The position numbers were made by a program, and so were the translations under genes. A DNA stretch of 64,000 bases. Source: Dictyostelium discoideum. Lineage: Eukaryota. The first letter of the stretch is position 1; the number at the start of each line of letters is the position of its first letter. A model generated the notes under the pieces. The model was not told where the DNA came from and made no database searches. It worked only from the letters and a program-made list of their open reading frames with translations. Location: positions 5,280,001 through 5,344,000 of the forward strand of contig CM000152.2 of NCBI GenBank assembly GCA_000004695.1, in the 5' to 3' direction. Shown one piece after another: positions 55,576 to 64,000 of the stretch.

Positions 55576-55578
<3 letters not shown>

Positions 55579-57280
55579 GGAACCAAGTTAATTAGAAAAT
55601 TTCCAGATTTTTAACTTTTTAAAGAAAAATAAAAAAGATAGAAAGAAAATAAAATGAAAATCCCAAACAACACCCCAAATATTAAGCAACACAAATGCCT
55701 ACAAAAAATAAGCGAAATTGTGGATAAAACTCAATTAAAAAAAAAACAATTCAAATACGTCATAAACATCAATCACGAACCAGACGATAAAATAAAAAAA
55801 GATTTAGAAAAAAGTTTGGACAAAAAAGATGTTTTAATCAAAAGTAATAATACATTCAAAATTCTCACAGACAGTATTAGTACAGTAATCTATTTTGTAA
55901 ATATGTTTGATGCAGAATTAAAAGGACAATTTATAACCACTATAAGACCAAAAAATATGTATACAGATTTTGATTGGTATAAATCACTCACAGAAATAGA
56001 ATGGGTAATAGAAAATGAAGGATGTAAACTAATTAAATCAGAAATTAAAGGCGAAACTCTAATTATCAAAACAGTGAAAAGAGTCGTAGAAGAATTTGAC
56101 ACTATCATTGAACTAGACAATCTAACATTAATTGGACACTCCAACAAAGGATGGAGAGATCAAACCTCATTACCAGAAAATCAAGAAGAAAACAAAAATA
56201 AAAAACAATCAGATGAACAACAACCACAATCTACATCAGAACAAATACCAAAACAAGGAAAAAGAACAATCATTATCCCACCAATCACATCCTCATCTAA
56301 TGATAAAACATTTATGGCCCTAGATGATACAGCTCAAAAGGTAATAGAAGCATCACTAGAAAACGTAGATGAACTAACAAGAATAGAGAATGAGATCAAT
56401 ACACAATCGATAAACAATCAAGAAATTAAAACAAAATCAGAAAAACCTATCGAACCACCATCTCCATACAATACACCAATAAAACAACACGGCGAAACAA
56501 AGGGACTAACAACGGAAGAAAAACTTAGAGAGGCAAATGATATCTTCGACTTCACCAGCCCAAACACTGATGCAATAAGAAAAATAGAATTCCCACTTTC
56601 AATCCCTTCAAATCAATGGTTCTTCTCCTCTCCAATAAAACATATCATGAGTTTCAGCCCAACCTATGGGCACCATCGAAAATTATCGATTCACCAAGTA
56701 AATTGTTAAACACACCAAAAAAGAAACAACAAGACAAAACAAACAAGACCAACAAAACACCAGTCAAACCAAAATTGGGTGAATATGGACAAAAAAGCAT
56801 AAAAACAAAAATGGATGAAGATATAGACAACTTCAACAAGGAAATTCTAAAACAAATCAATAAATCAAAAAACCCCACAAACACACAAGACCAACAACAC
56901 AACGAACAAAGTAAAGATCAGTTAGAAGACAAAATAAACCAGAAACTTCAAAAGGTAGATAAAAATCTACCCCAAATAAAACTATAAAGAAAAACACAAT
57001 AAGAATAGGTGTTTGGAACGTCCAAGGATCCAACACCATCCAATCTGCCAGCATAATAAACACCGTTTTAGACAACAACAAGCTGGACGCAGCACTTCTA
57101 ACTGAAACAAATATAAAAACAAATAAAATTTACTCAATAAATCAACAATATAAAAACAAAATAACACACCACGCACCAATTGATAAAACAGGACAAGGGG
57201 TGTCACAAATCATCATCAACACCCGCAATAGAACTTCCTAAACATCTCAAAAAATACAATAATTCACTCAGTACTTTTTA

Positions 57281-57340
<60 letters not shown>
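55576..57340 (+). mobile_element. TRE5-type (DRE-like) non-LTR retrotransposon copy, degenerate and internally deleted: 5' leader, ORF1 (55654-56709, continuing in a shifted frame to 56987), first ~80 codons of ORF2 (AP-endonuclease N-terminus …IRIGVWNVQGSNTIQSASIINTVLDNNKLDAALLTETN…), then truncated with oligo(A) at 57290-57340
   Basis: The ORF2 start matches the APE/L1-endonuclease N-terminal pattern (W-N-[VI]-x-G…D[IV]xxLQET). It is tRNA-proximal on the 5' side of a tRNA, and a second partial copy follows. The specific TRE5 subfamily cannot be assigned from memory. Confidence 0.55.
55654..56709 (+). CDS. Retrotransposon ORF1 (351 aa as read; frameshifted near 56630-56700, original ORF probably to ~56987)
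   Basis: The first 63 codons (MKIPNNTPNIKQHKCLQKISEIVDKTQLKKKQFKYVININHEPDDKIKKDLEKSLDKKDVLIK) recur, 61/63 identical, in the second element copy at 57383-57571. Confidence 0.5.
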   Translation: MKIPNNTPNIKQHKCLQKISEIVDKTQLKKKQFKYVININHEPDDKIKKDLEKSLDKKDVLIKSNNTFKILTDSISTVIYFVNMFDAELKGQFITTIRPKNMYTDFDWYKSLTEIEWVIENEGCKLIKSEIKGETLIIKTVKRVVEEFDTIIELDNLTLIGHSNKGWRDQTSLPENQEENKNKKQSDEQQPQSTSEQIPKQGKRTIIIPPITSSSNDKTFMALDDTAQKVIEASLENVDELTRIENEINTQSINNQEIKTKSEKPIEPPSPYNTPIKQHGETKGLTTEEKLREANDIFDFTSPNTDAIRKIEFPLSIPSNQWFFSSPIKHIMSFSPTYGHHRKLSIHQVNC

Positions 57341-57341
<1 letters not shown>

Positions 57342-57660
57342 CAAGTTAATCAGAAAAATAAAAAAGATAGAAAGAAAATAAAATGAAAATCACAAACAAC
57401 ACCACAAATATTAAGCAACACAAATGCCTACAAAAAATAAGCGAAATTGTGGATAAAACTCAATTAAAAAAAAAACAATTCAAATACGTCATAAACATCA
57501 ATCACGAACCAGACGATAAAATAAAAAAAGATTTAGAAAAAAGTTTGGACAAAAAAGATGTTTTAATCAAAAAGACCCTGTAAAAAAAAAAAAAAAATAA
57601 AATGAGATCTAGCATCTCAAGGAGAAGCAAATAATAATTGCGTTATCCAATTCAAAAAAA
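57341..57660 (+). mobile_element. Second TRE5-type copy reduced to its 5' leader, the first 63 codons of ORF1 (57383-57571), and an ~85-bp 3' terminal segment (ccctgtaaaa…gagatctagcatctcaaggagaagcaaataataattgcgttatccaattc + oligoA)
   Basis: The leader (cccaagttaatcagaaaaataaaaaagatagaaagaaaataaaatg) is homologous to 55590-55656. The same 3' terminal segment recurs alone at 59489-59580. Confidence 0.5.
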
Positions 57661-57666
57661 AAAAAA

Positions 57667-57950
57667 GGTGTCATTGAATAAAATGGGATGATACACTTTG
57701 CTAAGATGTCATCGAAAACCAAATGGGTAATACACTTTGCTAAGCTGTCATCGAAAACCAAATGGGTAATACACTTTGTTAAGGTGTCATCGAAAACCAA
57801 CGGGTGATACACTTTGCTAATCTGTCATCGAAAAATATTTGGGTGGTAAACTTTGCTAAGGTGTCCACACAAAATATTTGGGTGATACACTTTGCTAAGG
57901 TTTCGTCGAAAAATATTTGGGTGATACACTTCGCTAAGGTGTCATTGAAA
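57667..57950. repeat. Tandem array of about 7 units of a 42-bp repeat (gtgtcatcgaaaaccaaatgggtgatacactttgctaaggt). Each unit contains the first ~17 nt of tRNA-Ser(GCU), including its A-box, plus ~25 nt of its 5' leader
   Basis: cactttgctaaggtgtc is the plus-strand image of the tRNA 5' end GACACCTTAGCAAAGTG. Shorter versions sit directly upstream of each tRNA-Ser copy (53662-53760, 55203-55250, 59447-59488 and 59579-59660). Confidence 0.8.
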
Positions 57951-59365
57951 AATAAACCACCACAAGACTAATTTTTTGATAAATAATTTTTTTTTTATAG
58001 TTTTTATTGTTTTTTTTATTTTTTTTAAGAAAATGTGGCTGAATAATAATTTTTGAAACTATATTAAAATAAAAAATAATTAAAAAAAATACAAAAAATA
58101 AAAATAATCAGTAAAGTGATTTATATTTTTAATTTATAAAAAAATATAAAAAAAATGAATATACATTCTGCAAACTCGATTTGACTCCATTTGGTTTCTA
58201 ATTGTCTTAAAAATTATTTTTTTTATTTTTCCTTTTTTTTTTTCTTAATTTTTTAAAAAATAACAATAAATCTTACCCTATCAAAATTGTTATTTTTTTT
58301 TCTATTTTAGGATTTATTACATATTTAATTAATATAATTACTTTATTACTATTGTATTTTACAGTTGTAGTTTTTTTTATATAAGATGGCTCGAGATGAG
58401 TAACTGGACTGTCTAATTTTAGGAATTTAAAAAAAAAAATAAAAACTATTCAGAGAACCCAATTTCATTTTTAATTTTTTTTTTTTTTTTAGGGAGTTTA
58501 ATTCAAGAACAATTATAAACCATTTTAACTAATAATAATATAAGTTTTTTTTTTTTTTTATAATATTTTATAATATAAGTTGTTTTTTTTATTTTATTTT
58601 ATTTTTTTAATTATAATTAAATTTGTTTTTGAAATGCAGTTTTATTTAAAAATTCTAAGGTTTTTTCAATAAACTTTATTGAAAAATTTAGGGGAGTTAT
58701 ATGGCCATATATTTTCCTTAATGTCATGGTGCATAGATAAATCTTTCCTTTCTCTGACTTTAGATTAATATTGATTATTTTTATTTCCCTTTGGATATGA
58801 TAGTATTGATATGAACATTGATGTTTTAATAATACACATTTTTCAGCATTTCTATTGTAAAACAACACTTCTATTTAATTTAATGTCACATTTCATCAAC
58901 ACCAATATTTAACTTAAATTTTTTTTTTTTTTTTTTTTTTTTTGATTTTTTTTTTTTTTATAATTTTATTTTAATTTTTTTATATAAAAAGATATAATTT
59001 TTTTTTTTCATTTTATTATTAATTTAAAAAGGTAAAAAAAAAAAAAAAACATTTAGTAAAAACTTTACTTAAATAATCATGTTAAAAATTAATATCTATT
59101 AAATATTTATTTTATTGATGACCTCATTAAATTCAAATTTTAATACAGTCAACGGAGATCGAAGTGCCTGTATCTTAAATTGTGCTCATTAACAAACAAT
59201 TTATATAAAATCTTGTTCAGATTTGTTTATCTTGTTAATTCGTTTTTTATTTTTGTTACTAACATACTATTGATCTACAAATAGTAATAGTAAGCATTTT
59301 ATTTTTTCCAACAGGAATCGAACCTGTTATTCAGCTTTGAATGTTGGGAAATTTTTGCAAAATTT

Positions 59366-59446
59366 CGACACCTGCAGGGTTCGAACCTGCGCCTCCGAAG
59401 AGAACGCCTTAGCAGGGCGCCGCATTAACCACTTTGCTAAGGTGTC
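59366..59446 (-). tRNA. tRNA-Ser (GCU), copy 3, identical to copies 1 and 2
   Basis: Identical 81-nt sequence. ex-B box (GGTTCGATTCC, minus) at 59314-59324. Confidence 0.85.
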
Positions 59447-59488
59447 ATCCAAAACCAAATGGGAAATACACTTTGATAAGGTGTCATC

Positions 59489-59580
59489 GAAAAATCCAAT
59501 GACCCTGTAAAAAAAAAATAAAATAAAATGAGATCTAGCATCTCAAGGAGAAGCAAATAATTGCGTTATCCAATTCAAAA
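59489..59580 (+). mobile_element. Solo ~90-bp retroelement 3' terminal segment + oligo(A), inserted 43 bp upstream of tRNA-Ser copy 3 and splitting its 42-bp leader repeats
   Basis: Same sequence as the 3' end of the element at 57580-57660. Flanked on both sides by leader-repeat units. Confidence 0.5.
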
Positions 59581-59806
59581 AAAAAAAAAAGTGTCATCGA
59601 AAACCAAATGGGTGATAAACTTTGCTAAGGCGTCATTGAAAAATATTTGGGTGATGATTTTTTGTGAAATTTCGGCTGGAAGATAAAGAATTGCTTCATA
59701 AAATTTTAAATAAAAATGCTTTATTACCATTAATTAAAATTATAAATAAATAAAACAAATTTCAAAATTTAAATATAATATTACACTTTATTATTTTTAT
59801 TTTTAT

Positions 59807-60803
59807 TTATTTTTTTGATTTTTCAATTAATATCTTTGGTTCTTGTTTTTGTTGAGATAAAATTAATTGATATCTTGATAAAATTTCATCATTAAATTGA
59901 TTATCATCATTATCAATTAAATTTTGTTTTTTCTCTGAAATTAAAGTAATTATAGTATCTGTATATTTCATTAATAAATTTGAATCAATTTTTAAATTTT
60001 TAAATAGTTGTAATTCATTATTATTATTATTATTATCATTAAATGATGAAACTTCTTGAAGTATAATTTTAAAATCATCAAATCTTGAAGATATAAAGTT
60101 ATTAAAACTTGATAAATATTCTTCTTTACCACTTGAAAAAGTTACTTGATTTGAAATATTTTGAAGTATTTTACTCACTAGTGTTAAAGTTCTTCTAACA
60201 TTTGAATTTGGAGCAACTGAAATTAAACCCAATGCCTCTGGTGAAAAGATAGCAGGATTAACGAATCTAAGGAAAAAGAAACCACCAACTGATTTAATAT
60301 TATCATTTGGATATTTCTTTTCAACCAATTGATTAATGATTTGACAAATTTGACGAATTTCAATTGGTAATTGATCGGCTAACGATGCTTTAATAGCTGT
60401 TATGAATGATGAACAAAAGAATGATAATTGAATTGCATTTTGTTCGACTTCAGCCTCTGTTATACCACCTTTGCTTGGATCAACCTCCAAATTGATATCA
60501 TTTTTAATCATTGACATAATTAATGGACATAATGCCTCTTTTAAATAGCCAAATCCAATGGTTTTAAATATTGATACAATCACTTTAGTTGATAATGAAT
60601 CAGTTCTAAATAAAACTTTAGCATCATTAGTTTGTTCAATTTCAATCGATGCTAAATCTCTAACAATATCAATTAATTCTTTACCACTTTCACTACAATT
60701 TGAAAAATAATACATTATTGCTTTACCAAAATCATCTGAAATTAATTGTTTTGATAATTTTATAATTAAACTATGATTATTTTTAATTAAATACTTTTTT
60801 TAA
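59807..60803 (-). CDS. C2-domain RasGAP gene, exon 3 (RasGAP catalytic domain; FLRFVNPAIFSPEA signature)
   Basis: FLR..NPAI.SP is the RasGAP fingerprint with the arginine finger upstream. The frame is open from acceptor aaaaaaaag|TATTTAATT (~60803), reading YLIKNNHSLIIKLSKQLISDDFGKAIMYYFSNCSESGKELIDIV…. Confidence 0.75.
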
Positions 60804-60884
60804 TAATAATAATAATAATAATAATAAAATTAATTAATTAAAAATCTAATAAAAATATATATATATATATTATTTATTTAAATT

Positions 60885-61123
60885 TAAAACTTACATTTGT
60901 TAATGAAGTAAATGAATAATAACAAAGTTGAATATGAATATCACCTCTTTTTTTTGCTTTTTTATTTGGATTTTTACCTTCAAGTGGTATCCAAATATCT
61001 CTTTGACCTTTAGTTTTATATTCATCAATATTAATTCTAACTAATCCCATAAAATCATCTTTACTAAATTTATCTTCATCATACATTAAAATTGAAATAA
61101 TTTGTGAATTTTCAATTACATCA
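60885..61123 (-). CDS. C2-RasGAP exon 2 (C2 domain C-terminal half: …DVIENSQIISILMYDEDKFSKDDFMGLVRINIDEY…DIWIPLEGKNPNKKAKKRGDIHIQL…)
   Basis: C2 beta-strand pattern (…v.vyD.D…dDf.G…i.l…). Donor ACAAAT|GTAAGT (~60885); acceptor aaataaaag|TGATGTAATTG (~61123). Confidence 0.6.
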
Positions 61124-61386
61124 CTTTTATTTTTTTTTTTTTTTTTTTTTTTTGGAAAAATTAAAACATAATATTATGTTAAAAAATAAATTCAAGAGTT
61201 ATTTTTTTTAAGGGAGTCGCATGGAAAATAAAAAAATAAAGTAAAAAAAAAAAAGAGGCGACAAACACACCAGCGTCGCATAAAATTACTTTTCACCACT
61301 TTAATGCCAAAAAATTTTTACATCCAACCACCCTTAATTTTTTTTCAAAAATAAAATATATTATATAAATATATAAAAAAACTTAC

Positions 61387-61565
61387 AAAACAAATTCTTC
61401 ATCTTTCCAAACTGGATTCAAAGTTTTATAAATAACTTCAGTTTTAAAAGTTTTTGAATCTTTTGTTGATATTAAACAATATGGATCACTTGTTGTTATA
61501 TCACATATTAATGTATCCCTTGCTCCTAAAATTTTTATTACTACTTTTCCAAACGGTATTGTCAT
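61387..61565 (-). CDS. C2-RasGAP exon 1 (MTIPFGKVVIKILGARDTLICDITTSDPYCLISTKDSKTFKTEVIYKTLNPVWKDEEFV)
   Basis: C2 domain N-terminal half (…DPYc.i……kT.v…tLNPvW.E.F). Real ATG at 61565. Donor TTTGTTT|GTAAGT. Confidence 0.7.
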
Positions 61566-61643
61566 TATTTTTTTAATTTTATCTTTTTATTTTTTTATTT
61601 TTTATTTTTATTTTTTTTTAAAAAAACTTATTAGCACAATAAA

Positions 61644-61678
<35 letters not shown>

Positions 61679-62032
61679 TTTTTTGTGCAAGTCGTTTTTA
61701 AAAATAAAAATAAAAAAATAAAAATAAAAATAAAAAAATTAAAAAAAAAATAATCAAAAAAATCAAAAAAAAAAAATCAAAATTAATCTGATTTTTATTT
61801 CAATCAAAGAAATATTTTATTTTTAAATTTTTTTTTTTTTTTTTAAGTTTTTTTTTTTTTTTTTTTTTTTTTATTTGTTTATTTTAAATAATTTGTTTAT
61901 TTTAAAATAAATTTTATTTTAAAATGTGAATTTTGACTATGATGTAATTAAATAAAATTAAAAAAAAATAAAAAATAAAAAAAAAAATTAAAAAAATAAA
62001 AATAAAAAAATTAGATTTAATGCCAAGGTATG

Positions 62033-62068
<36 letters not shown>

Positions 62069-62274
62069 TTTTTGTTTTTTTAAGAACAATTGTGTGTCAC
62101 CAAACCCACCTTTTTTTAATTTTTTAATTTTTTTTTATTTTTTTTTTTTTATTTTATTTTTTTTTTTTTTTTTTATCCTCTCCACACATTAATTTTTTCC
62201 CATATTTGCAATAACAAATAAACATTATTTCAATAATAATACAAATATTTTATTTTTTTATTTTTTATAAAAAC

Positions 62275-62335
62275 AAAAACAAAAACAAAAACAAAAACAA
62301 AAACAAAAACAAAAACAAAAACAAAAAAAAAAACA
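62275..62335. repeat. (CAAAAA)n hexanucleotide repeat, 10 units, about 150 bp upstream of the next gene start
   Basis: acaaaaacaaaaacaaaaac… run. Confidence 0.9.
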
Positions 62336-62486
62336 AAAAAAAAAAAAAAAAAAAAAAAACAAAACAACAAAAACAAAATTGTTATTTGTGGTTTTATTTG
62401 TGTTTATTGTATTTTGTTTGTACAAAATACAATAAAGGTTTAAAAACAACCTATAAAACATAATAATAAATAGTGAAAAGTCAAAA

Positions 62487-63086
62487 ATGAGCACCACCAC
62501 CACCACAAATTCATCCTCTTCTTCAATAACTTCATTTGGAATAGTTGACCAGGTTTTAAATAAAATTTTAAGATCATTAATTAATAAACATATTAAATCA
62601 TTATTAGTTAATCCAATTCAAAAATCAGAATTTGAAACTAGAATTTTAGAATCCCACAATGTAAAATTAAAGAATGTAGTGTTTGACCAAGAGAAATTAA
62701 AACCAAAGTTAGTTGGTCTACCATTTAGTTTTGGTATGATTAAAGTAGCAGAAATTGAATTAACTATACCATTGGATGATATCTATAATAAACCATTATC
62801 AATTAAAATTAATGGTTTAGAAATTGAAATTATGCCAGTTGATATAAACTTTAATAATAATAATAACAATAATAATAGCAACAACAACAATAATAAAAAT
62901 AATTCATCTTTAAATAATCTAGCAACAAGTATTTATGAAGATGATGACGATGATGAAATTGAAGTAGCACAAATGCATACAACTACAAGTTCACCACTTT
63001 TAAGTAAATTAGAATTATTATTAAAGAAAATTTTATATAATATTAATGTTGAAATTGAAAATTTATCAATATTTTTAATGGATCAA

Positions 63087-63162
<76 letters not shown>

Positions 63163-63225
63163 GTTTTGTTGAAATTAATATAATGAAATCAAATTTTAAA
63201 TATATTAAAGAAGAATTAAATGAAG

Positions 63226-63285
<60 letters not shown>

Positions 63286-64000
63286 GTATGAGTGATAGTT
63301 TAGTTGGTAGTATACAAAATGAAAAAATTGAAAATGATAAACCAAAATTATCATATTTTCAAAGTTTTTTAAATATGTTTTCATCACCACCACAAAGTGG
63401 ATCACCAACAAAGAATGGTAGTGATAGTGGTTCTGCAAATAAAAGTAGTGGTAGTAGTGGTAGTAGTTTTAGAAGTAGAATTAGTGGTGGTTTCGATTTA
63501 TTATCAATGATATCATTTCCAGAGATACATTTACCAAATCATATAGCCCAATTTTCATTTCAACAAATCTCTATAATCTATCATAAAGGTGAAGAGGATT
63601 TAACAGAAAAACAAAGATTCTATCTATTCTCTACGAAAAAAGATGATACTCATTATATAAGAATAGATGATAATCATCCAAATAATGATAGAATCAATAT
63701 TCAATGCGAATTTAAATCAAGTATATATGGTAATATTAATAGTGACCAATTATTAGGTTTAATTAAACATTTATCAAATATATTTTTAAATAATAATAAT
63801 AATAATAAAAACAATAATAATAACAATAATAACAATAGTAGTAATAATGATAATTTAAATTCATCAATTTCAAGTATTAATGGTTTTAATAATAGCGATA
63901 GTGGTATTGGTAGTAATGATATTACTGATATTGAAGATTTAAAGAAAGAAATTGATAATGATAAAGATGATAATAATAACAATAATAGTGGTATTAATAA
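62487..64000 (+). CDS. 5' part of a Vps13-family (chorein N-terminal domain) gene: MSTTTTTNSSSSSITSFGIVDQVLNKILRSLINKHIKSLLVNPIQ…LKNVVFDQEKL…LPFSFGMIKVAEIELTIPLDDIYNKPLSIKINGLEIEIMP…, then long poly-Asn inserts. The ORF continues past the window end
   Basis: The N-terminal ~110 aa match the chorein_N pattern of VPS13/ATG2/TipC-type lipid-transfer proteins (…LNK.L…Y..NL…QL…G…L.NL.LK…L…LP….G.I..L.L.IPW..L…PV.I.I.DV.LL). The frame is open from the ATG at 62487 to nt 64000 by eye; the ORF track cannot list it because it has no in-window stop. Confidence 0.55.

Overview
This 64 kb window is AT-rich nuclear DNA from a dictyostelid social amoeba, Dictyostelium discoideum-like. Evidence: about 75-80% A+T, long (AAT/ATT/CAA)n tracts that encode poly-Asn/poly-Gln inside ORFs, short GTAAGT...AG introns, and tRNA genes with downstream external B boxes. 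It is not prokaryotic, so there are no CRISPR arrays or operons. I recognised these genes by motif: a 2779-codon type I polyketide synthase (3 exons, minus); a major-vault-protein gene that appears to stop after about 420 codons; a pinin homolog; eIF2-beta; an NSUN2/Trm4-type RNA m5C methyltransferase; an FNIP-repeat giant protein; a SNF2+RING helicase with very long poly-Asn runs; two tandem hssA/B-like mini-genes; a PPPDE/DeSI peptidase; ESCRT-II vps36; two tandem paralogous bZIP genes sharing an intron at the basic-region/zipper boundary; a C2-domain RasGAP; and the chorein-N start of a Vps13-like gene that runs off the window end. RNA genes: tRNA-Glu(CUC), tRNA-Gly(UCC) and three copies of tRNA-Ser(GCU), each with an ex-B box. 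Mobile DNA: a decayed Tc1/IS630-like transposon with a frameshifted transposase; a tRNA-Ser cluster carrying nested TRE5-type non-LTR retrotransposon copies at about 43-48 bp upstream of the tRNA 5' ends; and candidate poly(A)-terminated retroelement fragments beside tRNA-Glu and tRNA-Gly. The most unusual structures are 42-bp tandem arrays upstream of every tRNA-Ser copy. Each unit repeats the first ~17 nt of the tRNA, including an A-box-like sequence, plus its leader. The tRNA-Ser copies sit in a segmental duplication. All coordinates and intron boundaries were derived by eye from the sequence and may be off by a few nt. The supplied ORF track uses TTG and other alternative starts, so I re-derived ATG starts where possible.
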